A DNA stretch of 64,000 nucleotides, taken from Laetmonice hystrix. Taxonomy: Eukaryota. The stretch is taken from assembly GCA_965235115.1 (NCBI GenBank), contig OZ249436.1, positions 34,350,001-34,414,000 on the forward strand. The letters run 5' to 3'. Positions 25,838-38,974 of this stretch are shown here, piece after piece. Position 1 is the first letter of the stretch. Each line of letters begins with the position of its first letter. The notes below the pieces were generated by a model. That model worked only from the letters and a program-made list of their open reading frames with translations, made no database searches and had not been told where the DNA came from. The translations under genes were made by a program, and so were the position numbers.

Positions 25838-28800
25838 CTCGGGATAGAAGGTGTGAAGACGGTCGACCTCCGAGGTCCAGGCGACCACCTCCCGGCTGAC
25901 CCGTGGCCTTGCCCGCATGTCGGTACACAACAGATAACGGCCTGCCCTCCCGACACCCTTGTCACTCCGGGAGCTAAGCGCCATCACCTTACGTACAGCT
26001 AGCCTTTTATATAAACTGACATCACAGCCAAGCGTCAGGAGATGACGCCTATTTGAGACTCACACGCGGATGCGGGTTGTTTTTTTGAACAAAGTTACGC
26101 GGCGATGATGAACGAGTTGCATGACGAACGGTTCTCGGGGCCATACCCGCACGACCCCGGCCGTTGACTGCTGACCACTGTCCACCGCGCGGTCAAGGGG
26201 GCAGTGAAATAACGGTCATTATGCTACCGTCATTAAATCTACACCACTCATGCTTTCTGTCCTGTCGGCAAAACAGTATGCTTGGTGAACGAATATTAAA
26301 AAGCACAACGTCCTTCGACTTCTCGTCAGAGAGATTTCGATGCGTTTGAAAAAAAAACCTTGCTGCCGCCGGAGCTTCATATCGGCCATCCAACCAGCCG
26401 GCCAGCCGACCGGCCAGCCAACCAGCCAGTGTGCGCCCCCGTCCCGTATTCTCGGCAGCTCGTTTACCGCATAATGAGCGTCATTTCTTGCAGTGCTCAG
26501 TCACTGTTACTGTTAAAAAGCAAGAAAGGCTCGTCTGGTTCGGCATTGTCAGCTGATTTGGGGTTACAGTTTGAATAGTAATCGCCTCTATGAGGCGCGC
26601 GTCTCTAGTGGAGTTAAGGTCTATATTAGATCATGGAGAGGAACGCCGCCTTCTAAAGTGATATCTGAGGGCATATATTGTGATAATATAGGATCCACAA
26701 TAAAGGCGGTGGCCTGGGCCGTCTGTCTAATAATATGGTCATCTAAGTCTGAGATATCTTGTTTGTAAATATCACGTATCATTGTATAATGTGGGGGGTC
26801 GCTCTAACATAATTATAGACGCCATCTCAGATTTTAAAACTTGATGGTTGATAATATTTGGAAGGTTCTTAATAAAACATAATCTATCTGGTAATTTTCT
26901 AGGTGTTTTAGCATCTAGGCCTACTTGAGATGTATTAGCATAACCGTTGGTTGATACATAGTTTTTGCCATGCCATGTTCAAACAAGGTTACCTATGTCT
27001 CAGTCATTGAATGAGGTCATACAACTATACGTGTGTTGCATGATGAGACCCCAAGGGGGCGTCCATGTTACATTACGAAGCAATATACTATGATGGCCAA
27101 TTCTGCTCAAATTAAGGTTTTAAATACAATTTTGAAATATTATTTGGTATATTTTATATTTGAGTACGAAACGCATAGAAAGACATGACACAGATCCCTG
27201 CTGGGTGAAACATCCCATTGTGATCATTGAGCAGCATTTATACATGTATAACAGGACTGAGGGCTGAGGTTTCATCCGTTTCGTCCTGTATGTACATATA
27301 AACCGCTCAGCTCGGCTAGTATCGAGTATGATCACTCAGTCGAGCATTGAGCAGATGTTAGACGAGTTACGTTAGTCGAATTGTCCGTTCCACTGGTTGA
27401 CATAGTGGTTGTTAGCCAAGCGGCAGAGTGGCCGCAATGAGCTGTGAGCTATTGGCGGGGACGGAGTGGCGGCTGGTCGGCCGACCCCGACCGGTGGGAC
27501 GAGTCTCCGGTCCGGTCTCGGCCAGGGCCCGGTCCAGCTGTCCGATCCGGGCGGCAGGTTATACATACGTCTGACCATCCCGCTATTATAGCCCATACGG
27601 TACGGACATACGCCCGGCCGATTGCCATCATATAGACGCTCCCAGACTCAGGGGCCGGCAGAAATGGAGCGGCCCTGGTCGTCGAACCAGGCTTCTGAGA
27701 TGTAGCGAGGATTCTGTGAGCATGCATGTACGGGGAACTCTTATGTATTATTATTCACGGCTGGCTTGACTCGGATCAGTGGGGGTTGTTGTTGGTTTCA
27801 CTAAGTTGTATATACTATATAAGTAATCCTCAATTACTCAACACCCTGTGAATATCATGACCGGTATACATTATAGGCCAGACTTTGTCTATACGGACAC
27901 GCTTTCACTGAAGGGTACATACATGTTGCCTGACGACACGTAAGAAAGCTATGATGGAAGGGTTGCGCTGCAATCTCTGCTCTATATTGAGGTGTAAAGT
28001 AGGTGTAATTTTGTGTGCTCAGTATAAGCTCTATATAAGCTCTATACAAGCACGAGTTCACATTGCATGAGATGCCATGCCACATGATGTCATGTTTCTT
28101 CGAAATTAGAGCATGGGATCGGATTGCACATCAATTCTCATAGAGTATTTACAGCTATATAAGGAGAGACACAGAGTATATACAAAACATATACGTATAG
28201 GCCTTCTTGCTGTAGTACCAGAGCATTCTCGATAGTTGTATGTATAGATCTATGTAATAGAGAAGATCAATACAAAGATTATAACGTTAATGACATGTAA
28301 TAAAAATGTAATAAACATACTCTGACGGCACATATAGCGAGGACAGGAGCATTATAACGAGGTGTATACCTAAGTGGGTCAGCCTGAAGGTGCCATATAA
28401 TAATTTAACAGCGTGTTACCGTGCCCCAAGCTCATGGAGCTCTGTAATCTGAACTCCTCTATAACACACTATAATACATCGTTTATATATACAGTCGTAT
28501 AATAACGGTGTAGTAAGTTAAAGAAGTGTTGAACTGACCCGTCGTCTGGGAAGGAGTGACAATATCAGTAGGCAATGTTATATAAAACGATGTTATATAA
28601 GGGGGACACAGGGTAGGTACATGTTCCCCTGCGGGAGTCCTTTGTCAGCGGGCGCGGGTGGCACGGGTCGACCTCTCGGTCGGCTGTATGGGGGCCTACC
28701 CCTCCGGAACCCCGGCTGGGGGATGGCGACTCGCCGGGGGTGAAGGGTATGTACGGGCCGTGGAGCATCAGGGTCGGGTATATAACAGGTGAGAGATAGA

Positions 28801-31463
28801 GGGGGTGTGGGGTTGGGGTGGGGGTTGTTTTGGCGGAGATTGTAGCGAAGAGGGCATGTATGCAATGACACGTAAACTCAACAATATAGAGGTAGCCATA
28901 AGCATGTATAGAAGGAAAACTGGCATACCTTATATAGGTGTTCTGTGGCGGCCTTGTATAACGGCCTGAGCACAGGGAGGTCAAATCAAAGGTTGCAAGA
29001 TTCACTCGACTGTGACTGACTAAACTGTTTACTTGAACGGTGATCCCACTTCACAGCTGTGATTCCTATATCGAGAGTGAAATGATGTTGTCAGACCGTT
29101 TAATCCGAACAGTGCTCATGTGCTAATGTGCTCATTAAAATGTGTTCAGTCGGATTGTGAAAAATATACGGATTACTGAATCACTTTTAAACGACAAGCG
29201 CCTATGATAGAGAATAACTGATATATTAGGTATACAAATATGAGCAGGAAGACTATACATGTATAGTCCTCCTGAACAACAATAAAAAGAGGACATTAAC
29301 ACAAAAAACCATCGACAGAGAAAAAGGTATACACAAACCTCTGGCAGTGGATACAAATCATATAGTTGTGCTGCCTTGTGAATGGGAGCGAAGTATAAAC
29401 AAATATTTTTTATTTGAATATGTCCCGGGGGCATGCATGCAGCCTCTCATGCCATACAAAATGGGTTGCCACTTATGTTTACCTTGAACAATGATGGCTT
29501 AGTGCCTATAGCTTGTGGAAATATGCATACACATGTATATGTAGAGATATATATTGTATATACAATGTATGTGCTGTATATTGCACTGTTTGGAAGACTC
29601 ATACAGAGCTATAATAATGTGACATTGATGGTGCCAACGTCTACAAAATTTTAGATCACAGCAAAGGAATTCGTAATCATGAATACTCGCCGTCAAAGCC
29701 CGCCTGAGATACCGACTCAGCGCGCCATTGCCGAGTGTAGTTACAAACACGTTTCTTCAATGTAAACAATGAGTGATTATCGGATGCTAAATTAGGTCAT
29801 GGCAATGAATATTACCGAGAGAGAGAATACCCAAACGGATCGACGGTAAATACGGAAGGCGACGATTTTACCAGACGCATAATAAATAAGCATCAGGCGA
29901 TCTTTCATATATTATAAGCCTACAATGTATGATCACATCCTGATGTTATATAGGTGCTCATATTTTTTTCCCTTCCTGAGATTGGCTATGTGATTTAGAG
30001 CCCTCCTGAACCAGTTGCTGGTATTTGTAGGCGGAGACTGGCGGAAGGTAGCTGTAGAAATACTTATTCAATGGAGTGCGTGTGTTGAGAAATCAGACCC
30101 TCGTTTACCGATCAAACACTCCGTTATGCCCCCTTGCCCCGACCAACACATAAATGATTAAAACTGTACACAAGGGTTGGCCGATACTCGGCACGGGCAG
30201 CCCAGATCGGATACCGGGCAATGTGTGTGTTTGTGTCGAACTATAGACTCGGTAAGGCTGGCAGGGAGGCGGGAAGGTTGGCCCGGCTGGCAGGGCCGCC
30301 TGGTCCCGGCCTTGATCGCTCGGGTTTACCGGCATGAGGCGGGTAGTGGCCCCATACACACTCCAACCCCCGTACAACCACCCCCTCTCTCCCTCCACAC
30401 CATCCTCCCACCACCACACCGTCCATCCTTCATGATATTTGTCTCTCTACCACAGCAGACCCCCTGCACCAGTGCTCGGCACACGAAGCTAATGCAGTAT
30501 TCCACTGACGCAAGTCGCAGTATTAAATAACTGGTTTTGATTGAATCTTAAGAGACGCGTGTTGGCAGGCTGTGGCAAAGGGACACGAGTGGCGGTCAGA
30601 TCAACGCGCAGACCTCGACCCTGGATCCACGCCAGCATAGTAATAATGTGGCTCGCCGCACACACACCGCACATGCAGCACGCGCTCAGCACGCCCGCCT
30701 GCCCTAGGCTTGCGCAAGGCTGCATATATAAACGAGCACGAACCCTAGATGTTCCTGTTTTTTTCCAGGGTGATTTTTTTTCTGGCTGTTGAACATGCAT
30801 GCACATGGACCTACATAGGGCGTTTATAAGCCTTAGGTCTTTACGTCATGTCAAACACGCATGCAGCAGAAACATTATTGTTTTGTAACATCAACTGATC
30901 ATTTACACGGCTCTAATGAACACGCTGTGTTTTATTTCACAAAGTATTTAAACTCGGGTATTTGATGGAAATGATCTCTGATCTCTTGTGCAATCTGAAA
31001 TTGTAAACAGTTGATTGCCAGTAACCCATATAGGAGGTATCTTTTCTCGCCTACAGCTATACTATTATAGATGACACCACAGTCCAGTGAAAAATTTTAT
31101 CCATAAATTTATTTGGCCTATATACCGGCCACAACACGTCTGAGGCTCACATACTGTCGGATTCCAGACAGGGACTCCACTAAAAAGGAATATGCATTAT
31201 GTTAGTCTTTACAAATATTACGTAGCCGGTATCGGGTTACCACTACATTTTAAGCATTTATTAGGGTTGCTTGTGCTGTAGGTCCATTATACGACAGAGA
31301 TTACGCGATTATAAATCATATACATTCATTGTGAGATGCATACAATTAAAATAATATATGTTCAATGGGCGCACGCATGGGTTACTTTGACCTGTGGGTG
31401 CCGTGTGTTATTATTACAAAGTTTGACGTCCCCCCTCCCCGTGGAGGGGCGATACATGAGGCC

Positions 31464-31515
31464 GGGGCCGGGGCCGGGGCCGGGGCCGGGGCCGGGGCCG
31501 GGGCCGGGGCCGGGG
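31464..31515 (+). repeat. (GGGGCC)8 hexanucleotide repeat
   Basis: Eight perfect GGGGCC units (31464-31511) followed by GGGG. Confidence 0.97.
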
Positions 31516-32245
31516 AGGGAGGTGGCGGCGCCGGCCACGGTCGGACCTCCTGACACTTGTCGGCGTGCTGTAGGTCCCAGCCTCGCGGGCCATCGTTTTG
31601 TCATTGCGTCTAACCTCTCCCAGCCGCAGCAGGGTTAAATGATTGCCATAGCACACAGCAAACCAATTACAGGTCCTCGAGAACCACCACAAAAGCAATA
31701 CACTCACTGTGCCCGCTTCAATAATGCAAATATTGGCGGAAATGTTGTCGGTTGGCGGGCATGGGGGGAGAAGACAGAGAGGAGTGAAGGAAAGGGAGGG
31801 GGGAGGCAGGGGTTGCGGTAACCTGCCGGCGGCCGCGGTGGGCGGTGGCGGGGCGCGGGGGCGTCCGGCGGCCTTTCCGGCCGAGTCCCGGCCGCGGCTG
31901 CTTGCATGCCCCCCCCCCCCCCGTACACCGTCTTACGTATACCTGCGCGCCCCGTACGTGTGAGCGGCGATATACACTACTAGAGGAGGGAACTGCGCCC
32001 CGGGTGGGGCGAGCCCGGTGGGTCAAACTGTCGGATCCTATTTGCCCTCTTTCGCTTCCGCCAACTGTGTAACACGGACGCCGTATTGCGGTAAAGACGC
32101 CCCCTAGACGCGGACAGATTGGGGCTGTGAGGGCCGGCTGGAATGGGACGACAGAGCGCCCATCAGGAGAACGAAGGGGCAGTTACCCCACAACCTTGGA
32201 TATACGGTATACCCTACCAGACCCAAACCTATATCAGTCTGTTTT

Positions 32246-32796
<551 letters not shown>

Positions 32797-35700
32797 TACA
32801 TGATGATACCAACCCTCATGTAGTCGGAAGGGGTGAGAGCTCGGCTGAGCTCACGCCTGCTGGGCCCCACTTACATAATTCATAGATCACAGAACGTGCC
32901 CTCGGCCGATACCACTAGAACCCTCGTAGATTCTTGTTTTACGCTCTGTTGATGATAATCAGAAGGGGTATCTTTCCGCAAGGCTTCTGGTGGATAATGT
33001 TATTTATAAAGTCCTCTGAACCCAGATATAGAGGGTGTTTTATACGGCGTGTATCGGATAAAAAATGGTTGGAAATGTCGGTATTAATTTATGCTGGTGT
33101 CAGTGATTTGATATGACTTGATTAATGTTAAAACCCAGTATGTCAGAGATAAACCTATTGATACAATTGCCAGAATGACAGGAAATCCATTAATTCCTCT
33201 CTGAATGATTTTACTAACATTACCTCTTTAATAGTTAGGTACAGAAGCGATAAAAAATCTTTTATTTAAAAAAACCCCTAAGCCTGTCATAATCATCAAG
33301 AATTAAATTTAAAAACAAATAACAAAACACGAAGGGAAGCTACAAAGAATACCAAAGGAAACGACGACATCAAAGAACCAATCCGTGTGTATTCATAGAG
33401 TCCTGCTCTAACATGATGTTTTCCTTCCTCTATTGGTTTCATGTTTCATGTTTCATGCAGTGTTCGGTTCGCCTGAACGCATGATCAGGCGCCTGCATGA
33501 AACCGTACGCCAAACAATGTGTGCAGTAAACCTTAGAGGTATGGCTCGTGTATAGATGCCGTCACATGCACTCGGTATGCCTCATGTATTATTCACAGAA
33601 AGGTTCACCCCGTTACATAATAAAACATTAATTCCCAGGCTTTTGTTACGTTGCCTATTTGATCACAACTCAGGGGTATTTATAGAGGTGGAGCGGGAAG
33701 TGTTTTGTGTTTTCCCCCGCCGAGGGCACAGCGTGATGATCCCTGGTACAAATATATTATGGCCTCGGACAGATCGGTGACTCCGGGGGATTTGTTTAAA
33801 AAAAACCCGGAACAATTGAGGGAAAGGTGTGGGAAGTGAGGCACATTGTGCCCGACATCTCCTCCTCGATCCCTTAAAGCCAGCCATCGGATCCAGAGGG
33901 GGTCGTTGAGATAATACGGCGGGCAAGACAAAGAAGATGAAGCATAGCGTCGATCGGCTCAGCATGTGCAAGGCATGTGTGTCATAGTTTATGCCCCTAC
34001 CCCCTTGAGTAATCCACCCCCGACCCCTCCGCCAGCCCCAGCCCCCAGTCCCAGCCGTCTACCCCGGTTACGTGGCACACTTTATGTTAATGAGGTATCA
34101 TTTTCACATCCGTGATCAGCATTCAAGGGATCACTATAATTCATATGACATATTAAAGACAAATTGGAATTCTATTTCAACAGGACGAACCTAAATGACA
34201 TATTCCAGGCTATCAAGTCTTTGGTTGTATAATACACGTATGGGCGCTTTAAGGTTTGAATGGAGAGAAACAAGGGCGGGGATACGCGATCGGTGACGTG
34301 TGCGCATGCTCACACGATGGGTCGTTGTCTGGACGACAAGCACACATTTTGAGGACCGAATTGTCTGGCCTGGAAACACAGTGGCACAAAAATAGACGAA
34401 TTATGGAGAATTCCTAGATAAAACAGTGCTCCAATTAGGACGCGAGAAAACGATCAATCAGTATAGGGAAGCGGAGAGACCTCAGAAGGCAGGTTCTCTT
34501 AATGGAACCCTCTTAATGACGGAGGGGGGGGGGGGTTACTTGGAAAGACTCTGAAGACAGAAACACATAGATGTGTTACCCATTTTGTTGTTCACGAGCA
34601 ATATAAATACGATTGGCCAGATCTTAGAACAGTGTATGTGATAAAACACTGTATAAATTATATGAGAACATACACTTATTATTTATACCAGAGATGTGTA
34701 TCCGTGTATTATACCCTATATTGCACCTTCATTTAAATATTCCCAATCCTATAGTTAAAACTAATATCGTTGACACAAGTGTAACGACCACAATGATTTG
34801 TTTATTCTTTTTTTTAAATAGGAGACGAATAAAAATTGAAGCTCAAAGAGAGTGTGCTGTGGTGTAAAACGTTAGCCTTTTATGGCGAGGGTTTTGACTA
34901 GTTTAACCCGACCACACATATAATGGTGGCCCAGACAGACCTTCGTATCGCTCGCATGCATTTAGTTTTTCATCTACTCCCAACCGCGTTTTCTAATAGG
35001 CTCTCATGATAAATAGGTCGCTCTTATTGTCAGACATTAGCCACACCCCTTTCTGCCGAGTGATACCCTTTTACCCCGATGTGCTACCAGAGCGAAGGGA
35101 CCCCCATGTGGCACTCCCAAACAAAGGCCATTCGACCTAACCTATGTCACCCCCGTTTTTAATCCCTAGCCGAGCGAATTAATATTCTCGCATGGATAAA
35201 AAAAAGGCCGAGCTTATCTTGATTGCAGGTTGCGCAAATGGCAACCCATTAGTTACAGTGGGAACTTTGGATGTTGATTAAAAAGAAAACGTTATTATCG
35301 CCAGGTCGAAGCAGGGAGAATTTTATATTTGATAAGTAGACAGACCACAAGAGGGGATTCCTTAATCATCTCTGTGTAGGGCAACAGATCTATATTTGGA
35401 ATAAGATTTCTAAACTATGATGTGATATCTATTTTGTCTTTATGATAGATTTTCGAGTTTATGAGAATGTGTAGATTATATCTGGTCATCATTTGTGTCT
35501 GTGGGCCTTTTTGGCTACATGGAATCATGTGTGTATTTTCTTACGTTACATTACCTCTCATATCGTGCATGTGCAATATTCAAACTACCAGACACACTGG
35601 TTTATAAATAAGTATTTTCAGACACAAATGATTTCCAGTACTGGCTAGTAGACTTTATTCATAAGCTGTCGCATCGATTTCACTACCAACACAAGAGGAA

Positions 35701-38538
35701 AGGGATAGAAACACGGAAAAAGAAGAAAAATGGCAGTGCTTGACCGTATGTTAAACCAAGCATTTGATTCGGTCATGAGTTATATTGACATCATGTGTAT
35801 GATATATACATCATGTGTATGATATACTTCATGTGCGTGATGTAAACACGTGGTTGTCATGATTCAGAAACATCTGTTATCTGCTTCTGAGAGCAAGATA
35901 AAAAACGGAAAAGAGAATGAAAAAAATAACCCTTCCCCATCTTAATGTACACCGCGTTACCCAAACTTATACTTCAATGGAACAGTTATGGCTCATTTGA
36001 CCAGGACGTGATACTTGGGAGAAAGAAAGAGAATAATTTGATTAACATACTCAGTCACAGTATCAAAGATTCTAAGGAAAAGTTCCTATCATCAGAATAT
36101 AGATGTGTAGATTATTAGTATTAATCACAAGCAATATATTTCTTCCATGACAGTCCGATATGTGTGTTGATGCAGTTTAAAGACGCTGTATTTTGGATAC
36201 ATTGTATAATGGGTGGCGTCCAAAACCTCTCGGGCAACAAAGTAGGTCATTATGCAAAATTGGCTTCGAATCACTGAACCAGAACAAAGTAAGTTTCTTC
36301 AACCATGAAACAGGGTAAAGCACTGCCATAATGTTCACACTTTAGCGAACTAATTCCGCATACTCGGACTTCTAATTGATGTCACTAAATTGGTAACTTA
36401 TGAAACAGTATGACCAGAATCCGCATTTCATATACTCACAGAATAAAAAAAACTCTATCATGGATTAAAAAAATACATGCATAAATATACCCCCCGTATT
36501 TATTATTATTAATTCTAAAATATAGAAAGACAGATAGACGGACTATAATATTTGCAGTCATAATTTAACTCACAGCACAGCTATTCCCTAAGTGCCTATA
36601 CAAGTTGACAGAACTATTTATTTTTAGGAAACAAACAATGACACCAAAAGTGATCAAGGCGATTTCAAAGTTTTAATTGGAATAATAATTGTTGAAGTTA
36701 TGTTAGTATAGTTGAGGATACTGACATGCTTTAATACAAAGAGATATAAGGCATTATAAATCGATCAGTAGAATGTGTCTATAATCATGTATAGGTAGTC
36801 TGAGTGACTCAGTGAGGCTCCTTTCCACTGTTAAAGGTAAACTTACAAATTCTGACGCCAAAAATAGATGGAATGTTCTGAATACGAAGAGGAGCAGTCC
36901 CTTCTGTATATATAGTCTTAAGGTTACTTCTATACATATAGTTGCTTTAGGCCACTGAACTTGTGAGGTTTACAGAGGTGAGATCAGTTGTCTCTGGCAC
37001 ATTATAAACTATGTCATGTTCCAGCATACATAGCACGCTTTTATGACCACAATTGATATTGCAGGCCATGTTTACCTTGGGGTTGGGAAATATCATTTAA
37101 ACCTATTGTAATAATAATTATTATTACGGCCCAGAGCTCACTGCTGTTAAATTCATTTTGTAGCGTAATTCAGTTGACAAAAGATATCTCCACCTGACAT
37201 TGTGACAGTTTCCCCTCAAATAAATTAACCTATAATGCATGCCTGTTATCTCCTTACAAATATGCAATATTGTATTTACACATGATTCTGATTTGGTTTA
37301 CATAATATTCCACTAGAATCATCAAAGTGGATTCAATCAATTGACGGTCGTGAATGCAAAGGAACCATGCTCATGATAATAATTATATATCATAATCATG
37401 AAAGGGAATGTCATAATTATAGACGATGCCTGGACCCTGCGGTCAATATCACTAACCCAGCAGTATACAGCACACTTTGTTTATATCCCAATACCTCTGT
37501 ACCTGACAACATCCTCAATGTGAAGCATACGATCTGTTTATTCATTTTAAATAGGGAAGAATAGGTTTAACCTGAAAGTGTTTTGGGATTGTAAGGAATG
37601 CGGATTATGAAAGCAGACATTAACAAGATATGACTATCTAGTAAAAATGGATGGAAAGGTTCAAAGTATTTACACGGATACATGACAGAACCCCCCCCTC
37701 CGATATAACGGATCATTTAGACCATTTCTATGAATAGATACTTAGTAAAATATACGAGACGTCATTAGCTCAGACACCTGCTACTACATGTATATGCAAT
37801 ATTTGGCCTTAAGTCCTGTGAGACAGTGGGTCTGTGACATTCTACAAACGGCGCAGGCGGGGTGCTGATAAGGTGCCTGTGAGTGTCTCTATGAATGGTT
37901 GTCATTGTTAATGTACATCTGTAAAGGTGTTGATGTACTCAACATATGATGTATCAAAAACCCGTAGATTTGGTTAATCTTATACAGGACATCCACCATT
38001 GCAACATTTCAGTATCTAAGAAATGTCAGGAAATGAACGTATATGTTTCATAAAGTGTACAACTTTCAGTCTTGTATGAAGACGAATGTATACTGCTGCT
38101 AAACAACTGTGTGGAGGGCATGCGTATATGTAGAAAAATATATTAACTTGAAAAAAACGAAGATGGGCGAGGAGCAGTATAGGAGACAAGGGATAAGGAA
38201 TTCTAACTCTTTTGTTTTTATTACATTTGGAAAGAAGACGATGAAAAAAAAGAAAGAAAGAGAAGAAAAAACATTTATAGTGCACACATACAATGCACCG
38301 GCAATACAGTTGGTCGAACTCGTGAAAAAGTTCCAACTTTAACACGACCTATCACTTTTAGCCACGGGCAATATACAACATGTATAAAGAAAGGCCCAAC
38401 ACTGGGAGCCGTTGAATCCCAACGGCACAGCGCCACGGCCTACGATAGAACCAGTATACGTGCATGTATAACAAGATGGACCATCTCTGTTCTGGGTGGT
38501 GGTGGTTGTCTGTTCTGGTCTAGCGGTCAGCGCCTGTC

Positions 38539-38540
<2 letters not shown>

Positions 38541-38597
<57 letters not shown>

Positions 38598-38696
38598 CAG
38601 AAGCAGCAGCAGCAGCAGCAGCAGAAGCAGAAGCAGCAGCAGCAGCAGCAGCAGAAGCAGAAGCAGAAGCAGCAGCAGCAGCTGCAGCGGTGGCAG

Positions 38697-38740
<44 letters not shown>

Positions 38741-38931
38741 AAGCAGAAGCAGAAGCAGCAGCAGCAGCGGTGGCAGAGCAGCAGCAGCAGAAGCAGAGCA
38801 ACAGCAGCAGCAACAGAAGCAGAAGCAGAGCAGAAGCAGAGCAGCAGCCGAAGCAGCAGCAGCAGCAGGAGCAGCAGCAGAAGCAGCAGCAGAAGCAGCA
38901 GCAGGAGCAGCAGCAGAAGCAGAGCAGCAGA

Positions 38932-38972
<41 letters not shown>
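38541..38972. repeat. Compound (CAG)n trinucleotide tract with AAG/TAG/GAG interruptions
   Basis: About 430 bp of CAG repeats with CAGAAG sub-runs and duplicated GCAGCGGTGGCAGAGCA blocks. Confidence 0.97.

Positions 38973-38974
<2 letters not shown>

Noticed and set aside
37959..37980. AACCCGTAGAT (miR-100-like start); also TACCCTGTA at about 63377 (miR-10-like)
   Set aside because: Only 9-11 nt match, the rest of the mature sequence diverges, and I see no precursor hairpin.
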